A stretch of 64,000 nt of DNA from Paracoccaceae bacterium. Its GTDB lineage: Bacteria > Pseudomonadota > Alphaproteobacteria > Rhodobacterales > Rhodobacteraceae. The notes below the pieces were generated by a model. It was not told the origin of the DNA, made no database searches, and saw nothing but the letters and a program-made list of their open reading frames with translations. Position 1 is the stretch's first letter; every line of letters starts with the position of its first letter. The DNA is taken from NCBI GenBank assembly GCA_947468085.1, contig CANIKY010000003.1, positions 1,853-65,852 on the forward strand. Reading direction: 5' to 3'. Both the position numbers and the translations under genes were made by a program. Below are positions 40,710-49,189 of this stretch, in pieces.

Positions 40710-40736
40710 CCCAACTGGGCCGTTGAAACACGTTCA

Positions 40737-40767
40737 AAAGCCCGGGTGCAAACCTTGGGCTTTTTTC
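40737..40767 (+). terminator. Rho-independent terminator after ftsZ
   Basis: AAAAGCCC...GGGCTTTT stem followed by a T-run. Confidence 0.65.
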
Positions 40768-40911
40768 TTTTATATCAACGCATTGCGCGCATTTTGGGAT
40801 TGTTACAAGACGTCACAAAGCGTGAATTGAGCTTGCCTGCTTGACGCGCTATCGAAGGGCTATAAAAGGGCGAACTTATAGTCTGTGTGCAGGAACTTTT
40901 AAGAGGTGCTG

Positions 40912-41832
40912 GTGCAAAATACGGTCAAATCGGCGGTAAGCTTTAAAGGTACGGGCCTGCACAGTGGCAAGCCGGTGCATATGGCTATTCGCCCTGCCTC
41001 GGCCGATTATGGCATTTGGTTTCGGCGCACCGATCTGCGCAGGGGCGACCCTTTGGTGGCCGCGCGCTGGGATGCAGTTGTTCCTTCAAAGCTGTGCACC
41101 CAAATCGCCAATGACGACGGCGTGCAGGTGTCCACCATCGAACATCTGATGGCAGCATTGGCCGGTTTGGCCGTGAACAACGCCTTGATTGAAATCGACG
41201 GCCCTGAAGTGCCGATCCTTGACGGTTCTGCTGCGCCATTTGTTGCGGGTATCATGGCCAAGGGCATTCAACCCCAATCGGCACCCGCCCGCGCCATTCG
41301 CGTTCTTTTGCCGGTTGAGGTTCAAGACGGTGCAGCCTTTGCCCGCCTAGACCCCGCCGAAATGCTTGAAATCGACTTTCGAATCGACTTTGCTGATGGT
41401 GGGATTGGCCAGCAATCGCGCCATCTGAATATGGCCAACGGCGCCTTTGTGCGCGAGCTGTGCGATTCGCGCACCTTCTGCCGCCAATCAGATGTCGAGG
41501 CAATGCGCGCTGTGGGCCTTGCCCAAGGCGGCACTTTGGACAATGCGGTGGTGTTTGACGGCGACAAGGTGCTGTCTCCGGGCGGTTTACGCTATGCGGA
41601 CGAACCTGTGCGCCACAAGATGTTGGATGCTTTGGGGGATCTTTCTTTGGCCGGCGCGCCGCTTTTGGCCCGCTATACGGGGGTTCGGGCGGGTCATGCC
41701 CTGACAAACCGGCTGCTCCATAAGCTTTTCACCACGCCGGGCGCCTTTGTCATGGATGATTGCGATGCCTTGGCGGGTGGTAAGTTGCCCGGTGTTGGCG
41801 TGCATCGCGGGGATTTCCCGCTTTACGCCTAA
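40912..41832 (+). CDS. lpxC: UDP-3-O-acyl-GlcNAc deacetylase
   Basis: 'G.GLHSG', 'TIEHLMAAL', 'PILDGSA', 'SRTF', 'HKMLDALGD'. GTG start uncertain (40906 or 40912). Confidence 0.97.
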   Translation: MQNTVKSAVSFKGTGLHSGKPVHMAIRPASADYGIWFRRTDLRRGDPLVAARWDAVVPSKLCTQIANDDGVQVSTIEHLMAALAGLAVNNALIEIDGPEVPILDGSAAPFVAGIMAKGIQPQSAPARAIRVLLPVEVQDGAAFARLDPAEMLEIDFRIDFADGGIGQQSRHLNMANGAFVRELCDSRTFCRQSDVEAMRAVGLAQGGTLDNAVVFDGDKVLSPGGLRYADEPVRHKMLDALGDLSLAGAPLLARYTGVRAGHALTNRLLHKLFTTPGAFVMDDCDALAGGKLPGVGVHRGDFPLYA

Positions 41833-41951
41833 GCCTGCGCCGCGAAGACGAAAGCCGTTTTGCGCCCCGGATTTTTATGTGTTAGGACATCGTAAAGGAT
41901 GGCAAGGCGCAGGTTGTGTCAGGCCACGATGGGTTGGGGATAGGCAAGACG

Positions 41952-42809
41952 ATGGCAATGGCAAGGTCAAGCTTACAGCGCGGTCTGGGAATTGCGCTGA
42001 TATTGGCCGCGCTGGCCGCTTGCAGCCCAAAAACCCCAGACGCCAATCCTCTCGACAGTTTGACGGCCGAACAGATCTATATGAAGGGCGAATTGGCCTT
42101 TGATGGCAAAGGCGATGCCAAGACCAACGCCAAGACAGCCCTAACCTATTTTCAAGATGTGGAACGGCTTTATCCTTATACGGAATGGGCTAAGCGCGCC
42201 GTGATCATGCAGGCCTTTACGCTGCATAAAACAAAGAACTACGACGAATCGCGCGTCGCCGCCCAACGCTATATCGAGTTCTACCCCGCCGGCGAAGATA
42301 TGGCTTATGCCCATTATCTTGTGGCGCTTTCCTATTACGATCAAATCGACGAGGTGGGCCGCGATCAGGGCCTGACCTTCCAAGCCCTGCAAGCCCTTCG
42401 CGTGGTGATCGAGCAATATCCTGACAGCGAATATGCCAAATCTGCCATGATGAAATTCGATTTGGCCTTTGACCATCTGGCCGCCAAAGAAATGGAAATT
42501 GGACGCTATTATCTTAAAAAGCGCCAATACAGCGCCGCTTTGAACCGCTTTCGCACAGTGGTTCAAGATTACCAAAACACCGCCCAGACGGCCGAGGCGC
42601 TGGAACGTTTGGTTGAATGCTATCTGGCCCTTGGCCTGCCGGACGAAGCACAGACCGCCGGTGCCATTTTGGGCTATAACTATAAATCCAGCCCATTTTA
42701 CGTTGATGCCTTTAACCTGCTGAAAAAGCAGGGCTTGGCCCCCGAAGCCAAAGGCACGGGCTGGCTGTCAACGATTTACCGGCAGATGATCAAAGGCGAG
42801 TGGCTGTGA
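41952..42809 (+). CDS. bamD: Outer-membrane protein assembly lipoprotein BamD (ComL)
   Basis: Lipobox LAAC, TPR-like 'VERLYPYTEWAKRA', 'GRDQGLT', 'KEMEIGRYY'. Confidence 0.95.
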   Translation: MAMARSSLQRGLGIALILAALAACSPKTPDANPLDSLTAEQIYMKGELAFDGKGDAKTNAKTALTYFQDVERLYPYTEWAKRAVIMQAFTLHKTKNYDESRVAAQRYIEFYPAGEDMAYAHYLVALSYYDQIDEVGRDQGLTFQALQALRVVIEQYPDSEYAKSAMMKFDLAFDHLAAKEMEIGRYYLKKRQYSAALNRFRTVVQDYQNTAQTAEALERLVECYLALGLPDEAQTAGAILGYNYKSSPFYVDAFNLLKKQGLAPEAKGTGWLSTIYRQMIKGEWL

Positions 42810-42833
42810 CACCAAAGGCCCGCGGATGGCGTG

Positions 42834-44477
42834 ATGCTACGCATCCTTGAAATCCGCGATGTGCTGATTATTGATCGGTTGGATCTGTCGTTCCAGCCGG
42901 GCCTGAACGTGCTGACGGGCGAAACCGGTGCGGGCAAATCCATTTTGCTGGACGCTTTGGGCTTTGTGCTTGGCTGGCGCGGCCGCGCTGATTTGGTGCG
43001 CTCTGGCGCCGATCAGGGCGAGGTGACAGCCGTCTTTGACCTGCCCCAAAATCACGCCGCCCGCGCCGTGCTAAAGGCCGCGGGGCTTGAGCCTGCGGAT
43101 GAGTTGATCTTACGGCGGACCAACAGTTCCGATGGCCGCAAAAGCGCTTATGTGAACGACCGCCGCGCCTCGGGTGAGGTGCTGCGGGATCTGTCGGAGA
43201 CGTTGGTTGAACTGCATGGCCAGCACGATGATCGTGGCCTGCTAAACCCGCGCGGCCATCGCCAATTGCTGGACAGTTTTGCAGCCCTTGATCTGTCAGG
43301 CCTGCGCGCCGCTTGGCGGGCAAGGGCCGATGCGTTACGCGATCTGACTGCGGCCGAATCCGCCCTTGCCGCCATCCGCGCCGAAGAGGATTTTTTGCGC
43401 CACGCTGTGGCCGAATTGAACAAGCTTGATCCCAAGGCGGGCGAAGAAGCCGCTCTCGACACCCAGCGCCGATCCATGCAGGGGGCATCGCGCATCCGTG
43501 AAGACATCGCCCGCGCGCAACAGGTTTTGGGGCAGGGGGCTGACCCCGCTTTGCAAGATGCGCTGCGCTGGCTGGCCGGCGTGTCAGACAAGGCCGAAGC
43601 GCGGCTTGATGCACCCCTCGGCGCCCTTGAACGTGCCATTGCGGAATTGGCGGAAGCTCAATCAGGTGTGGAAAGCTGCCTAGACGCGCTCGATTTTGAC
43701 GAGACCGCCCTAGAACGCTTGGAAGAACGCCTCTTTGCGATCCGTGCGCTTGCGCGCAAGCATGGGGTGTTGCCCGATGATCTGGGCCCGCATGCCGATG
43801 TGCTGCGCGCAAGACTGGACGCGCTGGATGGTGGCGAGCGCGGGTTGATCCGCTTGCGCCAAGCAGCCAGCACGGCTGAAGCCGACTTTACCCGCCGCGC
43901 TGAGGCTATGACCCAAGCACGCCGTTTAGCAGGCGTGCGGCTAGACAGCGCGATGCAGGGCGAACTTGCCCCGCTCAAGATGGAACGCGCCGTCTTTCGC
44001 ACCGAACTTGCGCCCCAACAGCCTGGCCCCGATGGGCAAGATGAAGTGACCTTTACAGTCGCCCCCAATCCGGGCGCTCCTGCGGGGCCTTTGAACCGCA
44101 TCGCCTCGGGTGGGGAACTCAGCCGCTTTCTTTTGGCGCTGAAGGTCTGCCTGACCGGCCAAACGCCCGGCCTGACGCTGATCTTTGACGAGATTGACCG
44201 CGGTGTTGGTGGGGCCACGGCCGATGCCGTGGGCCGCCGTCTGGCGCATTTGTCGCAGGATGCACAGGTGCTGGTTGTCACCCATTCGCCACAGGTGGCG
44301 GCCTTGGGCGCGCATCATTGGCGCGTGGAAAAGCGCGTGGAAAACGACATGACCCTGTCCACGGTTGTCGCCCTAACCCGCGAAGCACGGGTCGAAGAAA
44401 TCGCACGCATGCTGGCGGGTGATACGATCACCCAAGCCGCCCGCGACGCTGCGCGCGCCCTATTGGCCGGTGGCTGA
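42834..44477 (+). CDS. recN: DNA repair protein RecN
   Basis: 'LTGETGAGKSILLD', 'LHGQHD', 'IASGGELSRFLLALK', 'FDEIDRGVGG'. Confidence 0.98.
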   Translation: MLRILEIRDVLIIDRLDLSFQPGLNVLTGETGAGKSILLDALGFVLGWRGRADLVRSGADQGEVTAVFDLPQNHAARAVLKAAGLEPADELILRRTNSSDGRKSAYVNDRRASGEVLRDLSETLVELHGQHDDRGLLNPRGHRQLLDSFAALDLSGLRAAWRARADALRDLTAAESALAAIRAEEDFLRHAVAELNKLDPKAGEEAALDTQRRSMQGASRIREDIARAQQVLGQGADPALQDALRWLAGVSDKAEARLDAPLGALERAIAELAEAQSGVESCLDALDFDETALERLEERLFAIRALARKHGVLPDDLGPHADVLRARLDALDGGERGLIRLRQAASTAEADFTRRAEAMTQARRLAGVRLDSAMQGELAPLKMERAVFRTELAPQQPGPDGQDEVTFTVAPNPGAPAGPLNRIASGGELSRFLLALKVCLTGQTPGLTLIFDEIDRGVGGATADAVGRRLAHLSQDAQVLVVTHSPQVAALGAHHWRVEKRVENDMTLSTVVALTREARVEEIARMLAGDTITQAARDAARALLAGG

Positions 44478-44846
44478 GAAAGTCATGCTCACGGCCTGCC
44501 ATCCCTTGTTGCGCGCCGTCAAAACTGCCGTCAGAACCGCGCTAAACCGCGGCATTTCGGCGCCCTGATCGTCGCGCGCGCCACTGACAACAAAGCGCTG
44601 CGTCACAATCGCAGCCCCGGGCCCCAACATCCGCAAGCGGTGCTTGCCCGATACCAAGCGCGCGGCGGCAAAGATCCCAGCGAACTCGCCTGCAAAGGCC
44701 ACTTCAGCATTAGCAGCGCTGTCAACCAAAGCCCCCGTCAAGGTCAGCACGTCGGCATCTTCGGCCAAGAAACCGGCCAGTTCAGCCCCATCCTGCCGCC
44801 CAAAGGCGCTGGCGAAATGCTTGGCAAACTCTTCTGGGCCCGTCAT
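44460..44846 (-). CDS. SnoaL/NTF2-like (SgcJ/DUF4440-type) protein
   Basis: 'F..AF...D...LA..LAEDAD..TLTG', strand-rich C-half 'W.AVSMTFS'. Confidence 0.75.
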   Translation of the reverse strand: MTGPEEFAKHFASAFGRQDGAELAGFLAEDADVLTLTGALVDSAANAEVAFAGEFAGIFAAARLVSGKHRLRMLGPGAAIVTQRFVVSGARDDQGAEMPRFSAVLTAVLTARNKGWQAVSMTFSATGQ

Positions 44847-45484
44847 TGCGCCATCCGCTTCATTGTTGTGGCCAGATCCCCATATCCAGTGAATCGGCGT
44901 TCATAGGCAAGCCCAAGTCGATTGGCGCAGTCGGCGGCTTTCACATCCAAGGCGGGGTCGTTGGTTTGGGCCTGATAGACTAGTTTGGTGTAATTGCCAA
45001 AGTAAGTGTCGCGAAGTTGAGGATAGCGGTCCAATCCCATGGGCTTCCAGACAAAGGCATCAAATTGGCGCACCAGAAAGTCGGTCAGATAAAAGGCCGA
45101 GATTTCGCTGTCCAGATGCTGGGCAAAGGTTTCATTGCCTTCAAAGAACGAATAACAATGCGGGCCTGCGATCATCTCGACGCCCAATTCGGCGCATTTG
45201 GCCGCCAGCAACCCGCCCGTGCCGCAATCGGCATAAAGGACGAACAGCGACTGATACCGGTCGCGGTGCTCTTCGATGGTGCGGGCCACTTCGGCCGTGA
45301 TCTTTTCTGGGTAGAGATGCAACTTGGCGGGCAGACATTGCACATCCATATGCTGCCAGCCATTGGCCTTGATCAGCGCCAAAACCTCATGGGCCAAAGC
45401 GCCACAAGCGATCAACAGCACCGAACCGCTTTGACGGGGTGCCAGACCAGTTTCGGTCAGGTCGATGTCATTTGGCTGTTCCAT
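44843..45484 (-). CDS. DUF1638-domain protein
   Basis: 'IACGALAHE', 'LPAKLH..P..I', 'YADCGTGG.L', 'GPHCY.FF.G', 'FYLTDFL.RQF'. Confidence 0.85.
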   Translation of the reverse strand: MEQPNDIDLTETGLAPRQSGSVLLIACGALAHEVLALIKANGWQHMDVQCLPAKLHLYPEKITAEVARTIEEHRDRYQSLFVLYADCGTGGLLAAKCAELGVEMIAGPHCYSFFEGNETFAQHLDSEISAFYLTDFLVRQFDAFVWKPMGLDRYPQLRDTYFGNYTKLVYQAQTNDPALDVKAADCANRLGLAYERRFTGYGDLATTMKRMAQ

Positions 45485-45527
45485 GCGCTCTTTTAGATGG
45501 CTCTGCGCCAAAGCCCAAGCCACAAAT

Positions 45528-45551
45528 GAAAACCCCGGGCTTAGGGCCCGG
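45528..45551 (-). terminator. Terminator-like hairpin after the corrinoid gene
   Basis: Minus strand CCCCGGGC-CCTAA-GCCCGGGG followed by TTTT. Confidence 0.65.
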
Positions 45552-45573
45552 GGCTATCGGCGATTTTCAGCGA

Positions 45574-46272
45574 TCAGGCGGTGGCGCGGTTGTGCTTGCG
45601 CAGCATATAGGCCTTGGCCGTTTCAACCGCCACTGCCGCATCGCGGCAATAGGCGTCTGCACCGATGGCTTTGGAAAACTCTTCGTTCAAAGGCGCTCCG
45701 CCCACCAGAACGATATAATCCTCGCGCATGCCCTTTTCTTTCAACGTGTCGATCACGACTTTCATATAGGGCATGGTCGTGGTTAGCAGCGCCGACATGC
45801 CCAAGATATCGGGCTTTTCAGATTCTATCGCCGCCAGATATTTCTCGACCGAGTTGTTGATGCCCAGATCTTTCACCTCAAACCCAGCGCCTTCCATCAT
45901 CATGCCGACAAGGTTCTTGCCGATATCATGAATGTCGCCTTTGACGGTACCGATCACCATCTTGCCCATGCGCGGTGCGCCCGTTGCAATCAACAGCGGT
46001 TTTAGAATGGCCATGCCACCCTTCATCGCATTGGCGGCCAGCAGCACTTCGGGCACAAACAAAATGCCGTCGCGGAAGTCTGCGCCCACGATCGTCATGC
46101 CCGCAACCAAAGCTTTGGTCAGCGTGTCATAGGGCGTCCAATTGCGCGCGATCAGGATGTTGACGCCTTCTTCGATCTCTTCTTTCAGACCGTCGTAAAG
46201 ATCGTCGTGCATTTGCAAGACAAGTTCATCGTCAGACAGTTCAGACAGGATGATTTCCTCGTCGTCGGCCAT
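45574..46272 (-). CDS. Stand-alone corrinoid (B12-binding) protein of the split methionine synthase
   Basis: Cap domain 'FVPEVLLAANAMK', 'GTVKGDIHDIGKNLV' (DxHxxG), 'SALLTTTM', 'VGGAP'. Confidence 0.93.
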   Translation of the reverse strand: MADDEEIILSELSDDELVLQMHDDLYDGLKEEIEEGVNILIARNWTPYDTLTKALVAGMTIVGADFRDGILFVPEVLLAANAMKGGMAILKPLLIATGAPRMGKMVIGTVKGDIHDIGKNLVGMMMEGAGFEVKDLGINNSVEKYLAAIESEKPDILGMSALLTTTMPYMKVVIDTLKEKGMREDYIVLVGGAPLNEEFSKAIGADAYCRDAAVAVETAKAYMLRKHNRATA

Positions 46273-46321
46273 GCTCATGCTCCTTCGCGCGTTTCTTCGT
46301 CAATGGGGCCAAAGCCCGCCG

Positions 46322-46363
46322 GCCACTTTTCCTTTAGCGACATGCCCCGAATGAAAGCCGACA
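46322..46363 (-). promoter_or_regulatory. Tandem 21-bp repeat TGTCG(G/C), resembling GATase-AraC (ArgR/GbdR/GlxA-type) regulator sites
   Basis: Minus strand TGTCGG-CTTTCATT-CG-GGGCA / TGTCGC-TAAAGGAA-AA-GTGGC; the second copy fits TGTCGC-N8-AA-N5. Confidence 0.5.
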
Positions 46364-46485
46364 GCAAGGGGGCAAGTGCGCGGCGAATTGTAAAGGATTT
46401 TGGCGGCTTGGCCTATCTGGGGGTTAGGGTATGGCAGGCAGCGATGCGCCGTTTGCGACAGTTTTGCGGGAAAGCCCCTTGTGAT

Positions 46486-46500
46486 GTTCTTATTATGTTC
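46486..46500 (+). promoter_or_regulatory. Alphaproteobacterial LexA (SOS) box GTTC-N7-GTTC
   Basis: GTTC-TTATTAT-GTTC, ending 13 bp before the radical SAM ATG. Confidence 0.8.
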
Positions 46501-46512
46501 TAAAATGGCTGC

Positions 46513-47604
46513 ATGGATCATCCAAAGCCCCTCTCGAATCCTGCCCAAAAGCTGCGTGCCCGTGGTGCTGCCAGCAACGCGGCGGGACGATTTGAGCCTA
46601 CCCAACGTGAGGTTTTCGATGATGGCTGGGATTTGCCTGCTGATCCCCACCTGCTGCGCACCGAGGTGCGCATCGAAGAACCGCGCTCTGCTATCACCTA
46701 CAACACCTCACCCGATCTGCCCTTTGACCGCTCGATCAACCCGTATCGCGGCTGCGAGCATGGCTGTATTTATTGCTTTGCGCGCCCCACCCATGCCTAT
46801 CTGAACCTCTCGCCGGGGTTGGATTTTGAAACCAAACTCATCGCCCGCCCCGGCATCGCCCAAGTGCTTGACCGCGAGTTGCGGGCCCGCGCTTACAAAG
46901 TGGCTCCCATAGCCCTTGGCACCAACACCGACCCTTACCAGCCGATCGAGGCGGAACAGCGCGTGATGCGCGATGTCTTGGCGACCTTGCTTGCCTTTCG
47001 TCACCCCGTCGCCATCACCACCAAGGGCACCTTGGTCGAACGTGATTTAGACCTGCTGGTGCCCTTGGCCCAGTTGGGCCTGACGCGGGTAGGCATTTCG
47101 GTGACCACACTTGACCCAGTCCTTTCGCGCAAGATGGAACCGCGCGCGCCAAGCCCCGCGCGCCGTTTGGCGGTGATCGAAAAGCTGGCCAAGGCGGGGG
47201 TGTCGGTGCGGGTGATGGTGTCGCCCTTGGTGCCCGGCCTGTCAGATCATGAATTGGAACCGATCCTAGAGGCTGCCGGCAAGGCGGGGGCTACGGCGGC
47301 AAGCTACATCAACCTGCGCCTGCCGCGTGAAGTGTCGCCGTTGTTTCAAGACTGGCTGGCCACCCATTACCCCGACCGCGCCGCCAAGGTCATGGCGCGG
47401 GTGCGCGAAATGCATGGCGGCAAGGACTATGACGCCGACTGGGGCGAACGTTTTACCGGCACCGGCCTATGGGCAAACCTGATGAAACGCCGCTTTCATG
47501 TGGCCGTTGCGCGCTTTGGTCTAGACCAACCGCTGACCGCCTTGCGCACTGATCTCTTCCGCGCGCCCACCGCACGGGGCGCACAAATGAGGTTTGATCT
47601 GTAA
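46513..47604 (+). CDS. PA0069-family radical SAM protein (SplB-related)
   Basis: 'SINPYRGCEHGCIYCFARP' (CxxxCxxC), 'GTNTDPYQP.E', 'ITTKG'. Confidence 0.92.
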   Translation: MDHPKPLSNPAQKLRARGAASNAAGRFEPTQREVFDDGWDLPADPHLLRTEVRIEEPRSAITYNTSPDLPFDRSINPYRGCEHGCIYCFARPTHAYLNLSPGLDFETKLIARPGIAQVLDRELRARAYKVAPIALGTNTDPYQPIEAEQRVMRDVLATLLAFRHPVAITTKGTLVERDLDLLVPLAQLGLTRVGISVTTLDPVLSRKMEPRAPSPARRLAVIEKLAKAGVSVRVMVSPLVPGLSDHELEPILEAAGKAGATAASYINLRLPREVSPLFQDWLATHYPDRAAKVMARVREMHGGKDYDADWGERFTGTGLWANLMKRRFHVAVARFGLDQPLTALRTDLFRAPTARGAQMRFDL

Positions 47605-47624
47605 GGCCGTGCTGCCTGACAGCA

Positions 47625-48641
47625 TCACCCCCGCTTGTTGCGGCGTTCGCGCTTGGGGTCGCCCGATGTGTCGCCCGTGCCATCCTTGGCCGAAGAGAAC
47701 GCGCCAAGCTTGGTCTGAATATCCTCAACCGATGGCTTGGGCCCTTTGGGCCGCGTTTCCAAAGCGTGGCGCATCGCCTTTAGATGCTCTGGCATGGTGC
47801 CGCAGCACCCGCCGATGATCTTCACCCCCGCATCACGGGCCAGCACCGCATAATCGGCCATCAGGTCGGGCGTGCCGTCATAATGGATGTGGCCATCGTG
47901 ATACTTCGGAATGCCCGCATTGCCCTTGGCAATGATCGCACGGTGGGTGTTTGTCATTTCAAACCCCAAGACCGTGCGCATCAGATCGGCCGCCCCAACG
48001 CCGCAATTGGCCCCAAAGGCCAGCGGCGGATGTGCCATCTTTTCCACCAACGCCGCCATTCCGGCAGAGGTCAGGCCCATCATCGTGCGCCCTGCGGTGT
48101 CAAAGCTCATCGTGCCGCACCACGCCATACCGGCAAGCGAGGCGGCCTCGGCGGCGGCGGCGTATTCTTCAAAGGCCGACATGGTTTCAATCCACAAAAC
48201 ATCCGCGCCGCCGGCTTTCAAAGCCTCGGCCTGTTCGTGGAAAATCTCGACGGCCAGCGCATGGGTCATGGTGCCCATGGGTTCAAAAATCTCGCCCGTC
48301 GGGCCGATGGATCCTGCCACAACCACAGGGCGGCCAGCGGCATCGGCAATCTCGCGCCCCAAACTGGCGGCCACACGGTTCAACTCTCCCACGCGGCCTT
48401 GCGCGCTGTGCAGCTTTAATCGCGCCGCATTGCCGCCAAAAGAGTTGGTTAGGAACAAATCCGACCCCGCCTGAACCGCGCCGCGGTAGAGGGTGCGGAT
48501 GTTGTCGGGTTGGTCAATGTTCCAAAACTCCGGCGGCTCGCCCGAGGACAGGCCCATATTGAACAGATTGGTGCCGGTGGCCCCATCTGCCAAAAGCCAG
48601 TCCTGCGTCGCCATCAGGCGGGACAGAAGATCTTGTGCCAT
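47625..48641 (-). CDS. bmt: Betaine--homocysteine S-methyltransferase (homocysteine-binding module)
   Basis: 'LADGATGTNL', 'TNSFGG', 'GSIGPTG', 'GANCGVG', 'KGNAGIP', 'IIGGCCGT'. Confidence 0.9.
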   Translation of the reverse strand: MAQDLLSRLMATQDWLLADGATGTNLFNMGLSSGEPPEFWNIDQPDNIRTLYRGAVQAGSDLFLTNSFGGNAARLKLHSAQGRVGELNRVAASLGREIADAAGRPVVVAGSIGPTGEIFEPMGTMTHALAVEIFHEQAEALKAGGADVLWIETMSAFEEYAAAAEAASLAGMAWCGTMSFDTAGRTMMGLTSAGMAALVEKMAHPPLAFGANCGVGAADLMRTVLGFEMTNTHRAIIAKGNAGIPKYHDGHIHYDGTPDLMADYAVLARDAGVKIIGGCCGTMPEHLKAMRHALETRPKGPKPSVEDIQTKLGAFSSAKDGTGDTSGDPKRERRNKRG

Positions 48642-48659
48642 AAGGCCCCCTTGATCCTA

Positions 48660-48974
48660 TCAGAGTTCGGTCAGCAGTTGCGCCTTCGCTTCGGGCATAA
48701 GGGCCATCAGTTTGGCACGCACGGCATCGGCGCTGGACTGGGCACCCAGATCTTTGGCAACCTTGGCGACAACATCCTCAGATCCGGCCTCGGCCATATC
48801 GGCCATGACGACCTCCATCGCGTAGGCATCGGCATCCGCCCCTGATTTGCCCAAAAGCCCTGCGGCCCAAAGGCCCAAAAGCTTGTTGCGCCGCGCTTCG
48901 GCGCGAAACTGCATTTCGGAATCATGGGCGAATTTGCTTTCAAACGCATTTTCGCGGTCATTGAACGTGGTCAT
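48660..48974 (-). CDS. DUF1476 protein (alphaproteobacterial F1Fo ATP synthase zeta inhibitor)
   Basis: 'MTTFNDRENAFESKFAHD.E.QFRAEARRNKLLGLWAA', the conserved zeta N-terminal helix. Confidence 0.9.
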   Translation of the reverse strand: MTTFNDRENAFESKFAHDSEMQFRAEARRNKLLGLWAAGLLGKSGADADAYAMEVVMADMAEAGSEDVVAKVAKDLGAQSSADAVRAKLMALMPEAKAQLLTEL

Positions 48975-49088
48975 GATAGGCCCCTTGGCTGCTTTGTGCT
49001 TTGCTGCTTCATATGCCTGCCCCAAGGCCCTACTTCAAGGGGCCCCCGCTACTTTCCGCACGGGTCTGGGGGGCTTGGCCGATCCGCC

Positions 49089-49117
49089 TTGCCGCAGGGC
49101 GGGCCATGGCGTATAGC
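49089..49117 (+). promoter_or_regulatory. Sigma70-like promoter TTGCCG-N17-TATAGC for the purC-like gene
   Basis: Hexamers at 49089-49094 and 49112-49117. Confidence 0.55.
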
Positions 49118-49189
49118 CCCCCCAGAAGGGTCGGCGCCCATGGTGCCGCGTAAGGCAAGCGCCGCCCTGTGGAAAGTTTCGGAGCGTTC

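Noticed and set aside
46322-46345. GTCGCTAAAG resembling the 3' end of a SAM-II (SAM-alpha) riboswitch
   Set aside because: The upstream GATTT/P1 elements are missing; better explained as a protein-binding tandem repeat.
49123-49189. ZMP/ZTP riboswitch ahead of purC
   Set aside because: The conserved GACUGG and CGCCUGGGC elements are absent.
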